Origin: Rebecca billardiae RCC1528
Taxonomy: Eukaryota; Protista; Haptophyta
NCBI GenBank assembly: GCA_965240325.2
Contig: OZ251224.1
Coordinates: 62,001 to 126,000, forward strand
Length of the DNA: 64,000 nt
Direction: 5' to 3'
Part shown: positions 12,901-23,903 of the stretch, in pieces
Numbering within the stretch: the stretch's first letter is position 1
How the letters are laid out: every line of letters starts with the position of its first letter
Made by a program: the position numbers and the translations under genes
Notes under the pieces: generated by a model
Databases searched by the model: none
Told to the model about the DNA's origin: nothing
Seen by the model: the letters and a program-made list of their open reading frames with translations, nothing else

Positions 12901-13451
12901 GCGCGCCCGCACCCCAGCGCTCAGCCCGCCGCCCCCTCTCACGCACGCCGCCGCCCCGCGCCCTGCGCCCGCGCCGCGCGCGCGCGCGCGCCTGCTCCGC
13001 GCCGCAGCCGGGGCTGCACGTGCTCGAGGCGTGGGTGGGCGGAGCCAAGCTGGGCGGCGCGTGCGAGCTGAGCGTGCTGCCCGCGGAGGGCGCGGGCGCG
13101 GCCGGCGCCGGCGCGCCCGACTCGCCCGCGCGCCGCACGCCGAGCAGCGCGGGCAGCGTGCGCGCCGCCAGCCGCGGCAACACGCCGCCCACCTCGGCGC
13201 GTGCGCCGCGCACGGCCGGCGTGGGGGCGGGCAGCGGCGGCAGCGGCGCTCGGCGCGGCGAGTACGACGCGCCCACCGAGGCGTCGCGCCGGCGGCAGGA
13301 GGCCAAGCAGCACGCGGCGGCACGCGCCTCGGCAGGTGCTGCGTCGCCCGCTGCCCTCGCCCCCTCATCCTCGTCCGCAGCCGCAGCTGCCGGCGGCGGC
13401 GGCGCTGGCGGTGGCAGCAACAGTTGGCATCGCAGTCCGAGTACTACATGA
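7561..13451 (+). CDS. Large filamin/ABP280-repeat (Ig-like) protein; introns about 12445-12554 and 12840-13007
   Basis: Repeated filamin motifs: VVDHGDGRYSLSYTPARTGAHALWVTVGGAHVRGSPFAVAV, YEPAVSGRYALSITAGGAHVPGSPFAV, RDAHGN, DLGDGSYGL, VVDLHSGEYRLGFTP. Confidence 0.8.
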
Positions 13452-14172
13452 ACGACGACGACATGACGACAATACGACGCGTATCGTGCTGCTGATATGA
13501 TGATGACCGCGCGTTCCGCGGTCCTTTTCCGTAGAACCAACGCAGTTGGGGTCCCGCGGCGCATCAGTGGTTGAGAATGAGACGACTGACGAGTCAGTCA
13601 GTCAGTCAGAAAGACATACTGTTCGTCATCAGCCACTCCGATGAGAAGTGAAAGTCAGTCGTCAGACTGTCTGCCCGTCTCGGGCCACTTGAAGACAGCC
13701 CGGCACTTGGCGCGCGGCCAGGGAGTCAGTGCGGCGCTGTATGCGGGCGCGCACGGCCAAGGGTGGCGCATGGGACACCGTAGCAGGGGTGATGCCGCGG
13801 CGGGGCCGCCACTACTCTGCACTATACCGCTGGACCCGCACCAGCCGCCGCTGAAGCCGCCAGTTAAACGCGCGTTTTGGCTGATGTCGCCGTTGGGCTC
13901 TCGTCGTAGAATTATATAAAACATCAGCTAGGCGCCAATTCTAGAGTCTAACACAGCAATTAATAACCTATAATCTGAATCTGAATAAGAATCCATCCGA
14001 AGCGGATCGGACCATCCGTCATCAGTGACTGCTAGTGCCATCTGCCACGTCGCTGCGCAGCGTGAGATCAGCCGACGATATTGATAAGTCGTCATATATA
14101 TATATATATATCATATTATTTAATTCGTCATCGTCGCGCGTTGATGGCCGAATAATAATTCGTCATCATCAG

Positions 14173-15423
14173 TTATAGTGGCGGCTCCGTGGCTGTCCAG
14201 CGCTGGCGCCTGGCCAGCATCTTCAGAGTCGTACGACTAGTCGTAGAGTAAGAGCGCGGCGGCGCGTCCTCCGGCAGCCAGTACTGCCGCTGCTGCTTGG
14301 GCAGCAGGCATCTGAAGGCAGCCAGTCCCATTCGGAAGTCCGAGTCATTTGCAAAACGGCGAGCGAGCCGAAACGAGCTTGGATCTAGTCGTCGACGACG
14401 TGCTCCCTGCCCACCGTCGGCGCCGACATTGAGCAGAATGTCGTTGCCAAGCTCGGCAGCGCCGACGCTTGCAAATGGGCAGTACGTGCGTCGAGGCCGG
14501 CCGGCCGGCAAGTTCGTCCTGATCTCGCGCACGCAGCATGTGCACTTTTGCAGGTATGGTGGATAGCCCGCTCGAAAGCGCTCTGTGCAGCTGTCTGCAA
14601 AAAGACGTCGCGCATCAGTACGCTCCGACGGCAGGTTGCTCACGAGCTCCAGGACATAGTACATTTGTGCGCCTTTGTCACAATAAGAGTTGAAGGAGAC
14701 GCTTGCGTACCCGAGGCCAAAGGCCTTGCGCAGCGCGTTGTGCATGTTTCGCTCGCCCATCTGTGTTTGGAAGTCGCCATGCGTCGTCATCCGTAGCAGG
14801 CGGCGCGGCTGAAACCACAGGCCTGAGCCGATGGCGCGGTAGAACCACAGGCCATCTGACTCATCAAGATTCGGCCCCACATTGTGCGACACCTCCAGCC
14901 ATTCGGCTTCGTCGTCCCAGTCGACAAGCGCGGGTGGCGGTGGTTGGACTCTTTTATTAGGATGTTTGCGGCGAGAAGCAGCTTTAGCGCATTGGCGGCT
15001 CGTGTTGCCCACGCGCAGCACGCCCAGCTGTTCGTCTTCCTTCTCCGAAAACAGCCAGGGCGTTTGGCGCTTGCGCACGCCACCAGCGTGGAATACGTCC
15101 TTCGGCCACTCGCAGCCCTCTTGGAGCTCGCGCGGCAGGAGCCGCGCGTACACAACGTCTGCGCAGCAGTGGAGTTTGCTCGCAAAGTCCGCCTCGCGCG
15201 CCGCTGCGGCCACAGCCGTGGGCGCCGGCCCGTACACACCGTCCATGTAGAACCGGAGCGCTCGCGAGCCTGGCCGCAGCACCTGCGTAATGTTCGTCAG
15301 CGTGCACGGCGGTCTTGGCGAGAGTCTACGGGAGCCGTGAGACACCGCTCCTTGTGACGCAAGGACGAGGGCAGTGGCGAGGTGGCGGGCGGCCGCCGCC
15401 ATAATGATAAGCCCCTGCCACAT
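14173..15423 (-). CDS. Hypothetical secreted protein (WLEVSH...GLWFYRAIGSGLWF motif)
   Basis: 416-aa ORF of normal composition with a hydrophobic N-terminus (alternative ATG at 15402); no family assigned. Confidence 0.6.
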   Translation of the reverse strand: MWQGLIIMAAAARHLATALVLASQGAVSHGSRRLSPRPPCTLTNITQVLRPGSRALRFYMDGVYGPAPTAVAAAAREADFASKLHCCADVVYARLLPRELQEGCEWPKDVFHAGGVRKRQTPWLFSEKEDEQLGVLRVGNTSRQCAKAASRRKHPNKRVQPPPPALVDWDDEAEWLEVSHNVGPNLDESDGLWFYRAIGSGLWFQPRRLLRMTTHGDFQTQMGERNMHNALRKAFGLGYASVSFNSYCDKGAQMYYVLELVSNLPSERTDARRLFADSCTERFRAGYPPYLQKCTCCVREIRTNLPAGRPRRTYCPFASVGAAELGNDILLNVGADGGQGARRRRLDPSSFRLARRFANDSDFRMGLAAFRCLLPKQQRQYWLPEDAPPRSYSTTSRTTLKMLARRQRWTATEPPL

Positions 15424-15744
15424 TTTGATGAGCCCTGTTTGAGCCTAGTTTGAGCGGCTTGGTGCGAGGTGGTGAGTGGCGGGCGCACGGCGAACGCGTC
15501 AGACGCGTACGGCGTAGGCGGGGTCGAGCAGCCCCGCCCCCCGCCACGCGCCAGCCCCGTCCGTCCGCTGTGCGCGCGTGAGCCTCGGCAGCGCGAGGGC
15601 GTGTGCACCTGATGGCGACCCGCCACGGACCGGCGAAGGGACGACCGGACGACCCTTGCTGACTGTATCTACGACCCTAGTAAGTTCCCCGGACCCGTTC
15701 GACCCGAAACCCCTTCGCTAATAAGCTGGTCATGGGTTCAAAAC

Positions 15745-15837
15745 CAGTTTCCAGGTCTCTCTTCGGAGAGCGTGCGATGAAGGATGGCGCGGCAACCTGC
15801 CACCGTGAGCCTTACGCACGTTAAAACAAATAAACTG
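15745..15837 (+). mobile_element. 93-bp mini element / transposon end (variant B), CAGTTT...AAACTG
   Basis: Identical to 57651-57743 apart from one base; 6-bp terminal inverted repeat; followed by TA. Confidence 0.8.
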
Positions 15838-16980
15838 TAGTAGTTACCAGTTGCCACCCGTCCCAGAAAGCCCCTGATGAGCCCGTCTTCGGCTCAGCGG
15901 GCTCAAAACATGCCGACGGCATGTTTTTAGCTCAGTGACTATGAAATGGGCTGGCAACGAATAGCTGCGGGTATTTTTCAATACCAGGGAGCCTTGATGT
16001 AGGGGGCTGGGACGGGTGGCCGTTGTCCAGTTCAGAGACGATGCCTTTGTGTGCACGGTGCAATCCGAGGGAGCACGGCCGAACTCGGGCTCGTGTGAAG
16101 GTCCCTCCCACTGGGACCTTTCACACTTCTCGAGCAGGGCTGGGAATTCGTCGTGCAGTGACCGTCACGTGTCGTCACGTCTGCCCAACAGGCGTGATCA
16201 CTTGAGTCTTGACATCAATCACGTGACAAGCCCTGCCCACTGGGAAGAATTTTTGGGCCAATTTAGAGCCAGCAAATAATTACGGCGACGATCTCACTCA
16301 TATTGTCTCATACGAAGCCAGTCCGGGTCGACATTCATACCGACTACCGGACTGTCACGTGACGGAGCCATTGCCGACGTGACGTCAAGTGACGCGTCCG
16401 GCGTCACGTGACGTGACCACGCCGTGCTGATATCACGCTTACTTACTTGATGATCACGAACTCCCAGCCCTGGTCTCGAGCCAGTCGACTGTCGAGGGAC
16501 CTTCACTCCGTCAGGCTGCGTGTGAGCCAGCACCGACCGCTCCGGCCACCATCGACTTCGTCAGTTCCGGCCTCGTTGGCGGCCTGAGAGGTGGTTTCAT
16601 GCCTCGGCGGACGTCCCGCCTGACTGGTGATGGCCAAGCTGCGGCTGCGCTGACAGTACTTATATCAGGCAACTCTGGCGCTTGGCCGCCGGCCGCAGCG
16701 GCAGTGTACCAACTAGTGACCAACACTGCCTGCCCTGCTGGTTGACATCAGGTGTCGCACTTCATTGACAACATATGAGCGCGGTCGTTGCGGGCAGTGG
16801 GCTGATCAAGGACACCTGGGTGGTCTGATGCCTGTTGCTGCAATGCTTGCCTAGCAGACGATATCTGATGCGCATGCGATGATGCATGCATGACGACGAC
16901 GATCGTCGCCGCGCGCAGCGCCTGGCCCCTGGGCGCGTCCGAGTCAGCCACACCTACTTCATGCATCAGGAATAATTTCA

Positions 16981-17205
16981 CGTTGATATGTATGTATGTA
17001 GCTATGTATGTATGTATGTACATGTATATATATATATACATATATATATTGAGGCCTGTCGACGATATTCTTACTATACCCAACAGTCTTCGAAGCCGAT
17101 CGTATCACCAGCAGCGCATTAAAAGTAGTAGCGGCGCACATGATGCAGCAATAATATAGTATATTATATAGTATTATATATATATACATATACATATACA
17201 TATAT
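16981..17205. repeat. TA/TATG-rich simple repeats
   Basis: Runs of tatg and ta in AT-rich intergenic DNA. Confidence 0.8.
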
Positions 17206-17300
17206 TAACTACGCGCGTCGCTCTGCATCATCATATCGTACGTATTCTACTCTATCTGACTTACTAGCTACTGGGACGACTGGCACTGCTATACTACTGT

Positions 17301-17350
17301 AATCTCGCCTGCCTGAGCCGGTGTGCTTCTCTTATTCGTCTTAGTGAACT
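17301..17350 (+). mobile_element. Degenerate fragment of the variant A transposon end
   Basis: aatctcgcctgcctgagccggtgtgcttctcttattcgtcttagtgaact aligns with 57602-57647. Confidence 0.75.
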
Positions 17351-17638
17351 ATGTACGCGTCGTTCGTCGTCGATCGTCTGCTACTAGTCGTCGATATCGA
17401 TATCGGATATATATACCACAATACGTACGACGAGTACTCACTGTAGTTACTTAGCGCGGTCGTCATCAGGCAGCGCCCGGCGCGCATCATCACAAGCCCG
17501 CGGCCTACTATCGACGCAGCCGGCCGCGGCCGCGCTGGTCCAATTACGCGCCACGCCCCGTGCCGCCGCGCACGGCGCCCGCACGGCCGCCGCGCCGCCC
17601 ACTGAACGCCATCAAGGTGTCTGCTGCTGATGTCGCCA

Positions 17639-19129
17639 TCATGCGGGTGCCGGTGCGAGGACCGCGGCCGCCTGATGCAATGCCTCTGCCTCATCCGCCG
17701 GCTTGACGACGCCCAAGTCGACCGCCCCGAGGCGGCGCATCCGGCACCCCACCAGCTGGTGGCGCAGCGCGGCGAGCACGCTCGCGGGGTGCGAGCACAG
17801 GCTCCGCTTGCGCACGGCGCCGAGCCCCTCGCCCCCGTCCTCCGCGCGCGCGCGTAGGGACTCGAGCTGGGCGGCGAGTTGCGCCATGGTCGGGCGCGCG
17901 CCCAGCGCCTCTGCCCAGCAGTGCTGCAAGAGCGCGCGCAGCTCGGGCGTCCACTCGGCCGGCAGCCGCAGCCGCAGCCCGTTGGCCGCGACGTTGTGGG
18001 CGATCTGCTCGTCGCTCAGCCGCAGCTCCGCGTACGCGCGCCGCGCGCACAGCAGCTCGTACGCGAGGATGCCAAACGAAAACACGTCCACGCGCTCGTC
18101 GTACGCAAGCGCGCGCGTGTTCTCGGGCGCCATATACAGTGGCGAGCCGGTCCGGCCGGTGAGGGCCGCGCCGTGCTTGGTCGGGGCCGCTGCCAGCGGC
18201 GGCTGCTCGTGCAGACCCAGCGCAGAGGCGATGGCGGCGCGCCGGCTGCCGGGCAGGCCGTGCGGGCCGAGGGCCGCGGCGCTTGTGGGGAGCGAGGGCT
18301 CGACGCTGCCGCGCCGGCTGCGCGGCAGCACGAGCGCAACCGGCCGCGTGGGCGAGTCCTCGACGCTGCCACGCCGGCTGGGGCTGCCGCCGTGCGCGAG
18401 GCCGCGCGGGAGGAAGCGGAACAGCCCAAAGTCGGCCAGCCGCACGGTGCCGCTCGCGCTGAGGAGCACGTTGTCCGGCTTGACGTCGCGGTGGATGATG
18501 GTGTGCCCGGCTACGCCGTGCGCGTACTCCAGCGCGCGCGCGAGCTGGGCGAGCCAGCCGAGCGCCTGCCCGGCCGAGTAGTGGCCGGCGCCGCCGCGCA
18601 CGAGCTCGCGCAGGCTGCCGCCCGGCGCGTACTCGAGCACGAGCGCGGCGCGCGGCGCGGCGCCGTCGGCCGCGAGCTGGTAGCACCCGTACGCCACGAT
18701 GATGTGCGGATGGTCCAGCACGCGCAGCAGCGCCGCCTCCGCGTAGAAGTTGGCCACCTCGTGCGCGGGCAGGTTGGGCTTGAGCCACTTCACCGCGACG
18801 AGCGCGCCGCCGCCCGGGCCGCGGGGCGTCCTGAAGAGGGGCGTGCCGAAGAGGGGCACGTCAAAGCGGTCGGTCGCCTCGACGGAGAGCTCGCACAGGT
18901 CCACCTCGGCGAACGCGCCGTGGCCCAGCCGGCGCAGCGTGGTCAGCTCGGACGCGTGCAGCGGCGGCGAGCCGTCGGTGGCGAGCTTGGTGAGCCGGCC
19001 GCGCAGGATGGCGGCCGAGTCGTCCGAGGCGTCCTGCGCGCGTAACGAGGGCGAGTCCACGAGCTGCGCCAGCACGCGCAGCTTCTTCGACGTGTCTTCG
19101 TGTATGCTTGATGATGTCCCGTGCGGCAT
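17639..19129 (-). CDS. Tyrosine-kinase-like (TKL) Ser/Thr protein kinase
   Basis: LGHGAFAEV, VAVKWL, IIHRDVKPDNVLL, LADFGL, GSPLYMAPE, DVFSFGI, CW...RP. Confidence 0.93.
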   Translation of the reverse strand: MPHGTSSSIHEDTSKKLRVLAQLVDSPSLRAQDASDDSAAILRGRLTKLATDGSPPLHASELTTLRRLGHGAFAEVDLCELSVEATDRFDVPLFGTPLFRTPRGPGGGALVAVKWLKPNLPAHEVANFYAEAALLRVLDHPHIIVAYGCYQLAADGAAPRAALVLEYAPGGSLRELVRGGAGHYSAGQALGWLAQLARALEYAHGVAGHTIIHRDVKPDNVLLSASGTVRLADFGLFRFLPRGLAHGGSPSRRGSVEDSPTRPVALVLPRSRRGSVEPSLPTSAAALGPHGLPGSRRAAIASALGLHEQPPLAAAPTKHGAALTGRTGSPLYMAPENTRALAYDERVDVFSFGILAYELLCARRAYAELRLSDEQIAHNVAANGLRLRLPAEWTPELRALLQHCWAEALGARPTMAQLAAQLESLRARAEDGGEGLGAVRKRSLCSHPASVLAALRHQLVGCRMRRLGAVDLGVVKPADEAEALHQAAAVLAPAPA

Positions 19130-19500
19130 GGTGATCGCTCGGCGCGCGCGACGCTCGGTCGGTTGTGGACGGTGTCGGCGGAAGGATTAACCAGGCCTCT
19201 CGCTGCCAATCTCCCGTGGAGATGTCGATCAAGATCAGGTTCAGATCTCCATATGTTCAGTCATTACATGCCATCACTCCGCCTCATGATCAATCAAGCG
19301 CCTTTCAATAGGTGTTTAGGCACCCCAGTTTGAAGTTCCCAAAGGGGTACTGTATTTATGACTCACAAACACACCGCGTCATTGCGCATCATCTCTGAGA
19401 GGAATTGTGAGCTCTACGGTGCCTACTTGTGCCGCCGCACACGTACCGGTACATTTTCAATTTCTGTATTGACGGAACGTCATCGCTCAGACTGCCGAGT

Positions 19501-20475
19501 GAGTGCACTCGAGCGAAAACGTGCCAGGCTAGGCATGCGCGGCACTGGGCGGGCTAGGCATCGGGGGCGATGCCTAGCCCGGCCAGGCATTCGCCCATGG
19601 CTCGCGATCCGAAGGGCAGTCGCTCGCGACCTCGCTTGGGCGGCGGCAGCGGCGCTGCGGCATACTGTTTGCCACCCGCGCGGCTGTGTGCGATCGCGCG
19701 GTCGGCGTTCGTCACCACGCCGCGCGCGACCGTTCACGGCACAGTCTTTCCGCACTCGGTGAGCACCCCTCGCCAGCGCACGGCGGCGGAGAGCCTAGGC
19801 AGCCCGTCACGCGCGCGACGTCCTTGTGGGATGCGATGTACCCAGGTTCTTTGGGTTCCCGGAGGCATGCGCTTGCCCACGGGGTGGGCCGATGAGCCGG
19901 ATCATGGACGACTGCTGCGCTGTCCATGCCTCGTTCGGACCGCCGCCAGCAGACGATGACTCATCTTGCAGCAGCAGTAGAGAGTGGTCTGGATGCTGAA
20001 CAGGCTCACCAAAACGCAGGCGCATGCTAGCCTTAGTGTGAGTACATCGCACTCCACAAGGACGTCGCGCGCGTGACGGGCTGTCTGGGCTCTCCGCCGC
20101 CGTGCGCTGGCAAGGGGTGCTCACAGTGCGGAAAGACTGTGCCGTGAACGGTCGCGCGCGGCGTGGCGACGAACGGGACCGCGCGATCGCACACAGCCGC
20201 GCGGGTGGCAAACAGTATGCCGCAGCGCCGCTGCCGCCGCCCAAGCGAGGTCGCGAGCGACTGCCCTTCGGATCGCGAGCCAGCGCCCCCGCGCCCCTTG
20301 CGCCGCCGTGAAAGAAGACCGGGGCCGCCTTTGCGTGACTTTCGTTTCCGAAAGTTCTGACGACGCGAGGGTATGGGCGAATGCCTAGCCTGGCCGGGCT
20401 AGGCATCGCCCCCGATGCCTAGCCCGCCCAGTGCCGCGCATGCCTAGCCTGGCACGTTTTCGCTCGAGTGCACTC
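19501..20475. mobile_element. 975-bp non-autonomous foldback element with ~340-bp TIRs and 5-bp TSD CGAGT
   Basis: 19501-19842 is the reverse complement of 20041-20475 (right arm carries a ~90-bp insertion). Termini are GAGTGCACTC; CGAGT lies at 19496-19500 and 20476-20480. Confidence 0.9.
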
Positions 20476-21275
20476 CGAGTGCTCCGACTCGGAGTCGGAG
20501 AGCTCCGGCTCGGACGGCGGCGTGGGCGGCTCTCGCGCGTCGCGGTGCGCGAGCAGCCGGTGCAGCAGCCCGCACGCCTCGAGCGAGTAGTGCGTGGGCG
20601 CGCCGTCCACCACGAGGATGTCGTCGCACCACGGGAACAGGTGCGGCCGCCGGATGTTGCCCGCGCCCTCGGAGAGCGAGATGTCGGCGTCCGAGTAGGC
20701 GCGCTCGAGCAGCGCGCGCCGCCGCGCGGGCGGCAGCGGCGCGCGATCGGGCGCGGGCGAGGACGAGGGCGTGGGCGCGCGCCGCGCCGCCGCGCCCGCG
20801 CCGCCCGCCGCCGCCTCCGCGCGCCGCCCTCGCCCGGCCGAGCGCCCCGACTCGTCGCTGGGCGGCGAGGGCGGCTGCAGCGCGGGCAGCATGGCTTCCC
20901 ACAGCCGCGCGGAGAGGCGCGCGCCGCCCTGCCGCGAGCCGTCGGCGGCGAGCGCGGCCGCGTGCGCGTGCGCCTCGGCCGCGGCCGGCGCGGCGCCGCC
21001 GAGCTCGGCGACGGCGTCGGCGACGAGCGACGCGCGCCGCGCCGCCGCGCGCCACTGCGCGAGCCCGCCGCCGCCGCCGCCGCCGCCGCGCTGCTCGGCG
21101 TCCGAGCGCGCGCCCCCCGCCAGCGCGAGGGCCGAGGGCGGCGCGGCGCGCCGGTGCGCGCGCTCGCGCGCCGCGCCCGCCGCGGCGACGACGGGCTCGG
21201 AGGTGATGCGCGAGAGCGGCGGCGGGCGGCGCGGCGGCGAGGCGGCGGCGGCGCGCGACGCCGCGCCGGGCGCGC

Positions 21276-21306
<31 letters not shown>

Positions 21307-22163
21307 TGGCGATGGCGAGGGCGAGGGCGAGCGCGCGCGCGCCGCGAGCAGCCGCGCGCGCAGCGGCGGCAGCGGCAGCAGCAGCAGGCAGCTCAGCAGC
21401 TGCGCGCCGTGCACGCAGCGCCAGCCGCGCGCGTGCGCGACGCGCAGCACCGCCGGCTGCAGCAGCGACGTCGCCCCGCCCGCCGCGCTGCACAGCCCCG
21501 CCAGCAGCCCGTAGAACTCGAACCCAAACGTGCATGCGAGGTAGCCGAACAGGTATGTGTACAGGCACGCGGTCTGCAGCAGGAAGAGGCAGTAGCCGCT
21601 CACCAGCCAGAGGGCGGCGGCGGGGGGCGGCGGGGCGAGGGGCGGGGCGGGGCCGAGCGCGCCGAGCGGCGCGGCGCGCTCGCCCATCCCCGCCGCGAGG
21701 CACGCCGCCGCCCCCGCCGCGCACGCCGCCATCGCCGCGTACAGGCAGTAGAAGCCCCCCCGGTCCGCCAGCGCGCCCACCGGCATGTTGACGAGGGCCG
21801 AGAGGGGCGAGGCGAGGATGAAGGCGCTCACGAGGGAGCGCGCGCGCGCGGCGTCGGAGAGCACGAGGGCCGCCTGCTCCGCGAGCGTGCCCGTGAGGAA
21901 CTGGAACCAGAACGAGCCTGCGCACGCGCCAGCCGGCCAGCGGCGGGATCGGGCGGCGGGCGGGGCGGCGAGCACGGCGCTGGGCCCACGGCCGCGCGCA
22001 CGCGCGGCCGCGCGCGCGCGGCGCGGCGGGGCGGCGCGCCCGCGTGCGCACGCACCCACGCAGAAGAAGAGCGCCGTCTCGGCCAGCTGCGGGGAGAGCA
22101 GCTGCGCCCGCAGGGGCGCGCCCACCAGGCAGCCCTCGTCCAGCCCCAGCAGGAAGCACACGC

Positions 22164-22194
<31 letters not shown>

Positions 22195-23517
22195 ACCGCC
22201 GCCACCTACTCCCTTGGTGCGAGCGCCCGCCGCTGCGGGCGAGCGCGCGGGGCCGGCGGCGGCGGCGGCGGGTGGCGGCGTGGCGTGCGGGAGCAGCGGC
22301 GCGAGCAGCTCGGCGCGATCCACGCCCAGCAGCGCAGAGCGCGCGCGCTGCCGCCGGCCGTGGCTGCCGCTCCCGCCGTCGCCGGCCGGCGGCGGCGGCG
22401 GCGGCGACGGCGCACCGGCCGCGCGCCGCGCTTGGGCGTGCGCATGAGCGGAGCGCGCGCCCACAGCGCCGACGCCACCGGGCGCGGCGCGCGTCGCGCC
22501 GTCGCGCGGCGCCGCGGTGCGCGCGCGCGCGCGGCGCTGCGAGTCGTCCGCGCGGCGGCGCGACTCCTCGCCGCGCCGCGCCCCCTGCCCCTGCGCCCTC
22601 CGCCCGCCGCCGGACGCGTCGCGCAGCGCGTGCCGCGCGCCCACGCGCTTGCGCCGCACAAACGCAAACGGGCGCGCGGTGCCGATCGTCACGTCGTGCC
22701 ACTGGACGAAGCCGGCGTGGTGCGCGCCGAGCGGGCCCGAGCGCAGCAGCGGCGACGCGTACAGCGCGGGCACGCACCGCACCGCGCCGCCGCCGCCGCC
22801 GCCGCCCGCCTCGGCCGCCTCGGCCGCCTCGGCCGCACGCAGCGGGTCGGGGGCGGCCGCGCCGGCGGGCGGCGAGGCGGGCGGCGCGGCGAGGTGCGAG
22901 GTGGGCTCGAAGGGCGCGTCGGGCATCATCGCCGCGCTCGCCAGCGCGCACGCCGCGGGCAGCACCGCGTACGCCGCCAGCCCGTCCAGCAGCGGCCAGC
23001 CGAGCGCGGCCGCGCCCGCGCGCGCGCCCTCGAACGCCACAAACGAGCCGCCGACGCACGCGGAGATGAGGGAGAGGGCGAGGCCGCGCGAGGCGGGGAA
23101 GAGGCTCGAGGTGTGGAACAGCGCGTTCTGGCACCCCGGCCCGCCCACGCCGATCAGCAGCAGCGCGCCCAGCGTGCAGCCGCGCACGCCGGCCGGCGCG
23201 CGCGCGGCGCCGGCCGCGCCAAACAGCGCAAAGCCCGCGGCGACGAGGGCGGTGCTGCCGACGGAGCAGGCGCGCGGGCCGCACGCGTCGAGCAGCGGCC
23301 CCGCGAGCATCGGCGCGAGCATGTTCGCCGAGGACGAGAGCACGAAGCAGAAGTGCAGGAAGTCGGCGTCGAGCGGCGCGTACTCGGCGCACAGCGCGGG
23401 CGCGAGCGCGGGCCAGCCGAAGAGCACGCCGGTGCACAGCGCGTTCTGCGCGCACGCCTGGAGGAGGAGCACGTGCCGCCGGGCGATGGCGCACCGCGCG
23501 CCGCCCGCGCCGCCCAT
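20419..23517 (-). CDS. MFS transporter, SLC43/LAT3 (FMP42)-like; at least one intron (21918-22055), probably another near 22360-22680
   Basis: NALCTGVLFGWPAL, GPLLDACGPR, many hydrophobic helices, GALADRGG, FGFEFYGLLAG. Confidence 0.85.
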
Positions 23518-23675
23518 CCGCGCCGCGCGCGGCTTGGTCGGCGCGCGTCCGTCTCAGTCCGCTCGGGGGCAGCCAGCGTGGCGCGCTTGTTTGCCGAACC
23601 CGCACAGCACAGGCCGCACACGGCTCACACGGCACACCGGTTGGCGCTTGGCGCCCAGCTCGCGGGGGCTCCGCG

Positions 23676-23860
23676 ATGGAGGCGCCCGACGGCCCCGCGC
23701 CCCAGCGCCGCTCGCGCACGTGGCGCGTGGTCGCGACGGTGGGCGTGCTCACGGCGGTGGTGCTCGTGACGGCAGTGCAGCAGGGCATCGGCGCGTCCCG
23801 GCGCCTCGCGCCGCTCGTCGCGCCGAGCGCGGGCGCGAGCGCGAGCGCGCGCGCGGTCGC

Positions 23861-23903
<43 letters not shown>

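Noticed and set aside
15771-15820. SECIS element (ATGA...AA...TGAG)
   Set aside because: It lies in a repeated transposon-like unit, no upstream selenoprotein ORF is evident, and the homologous ends (variants A and C) lack the motif.
15874-15932. Canonical hammerhead ribozyme
   Set aside because: CTGATGA and two stems are present, but the GAAA core and a proper stem I are missing.
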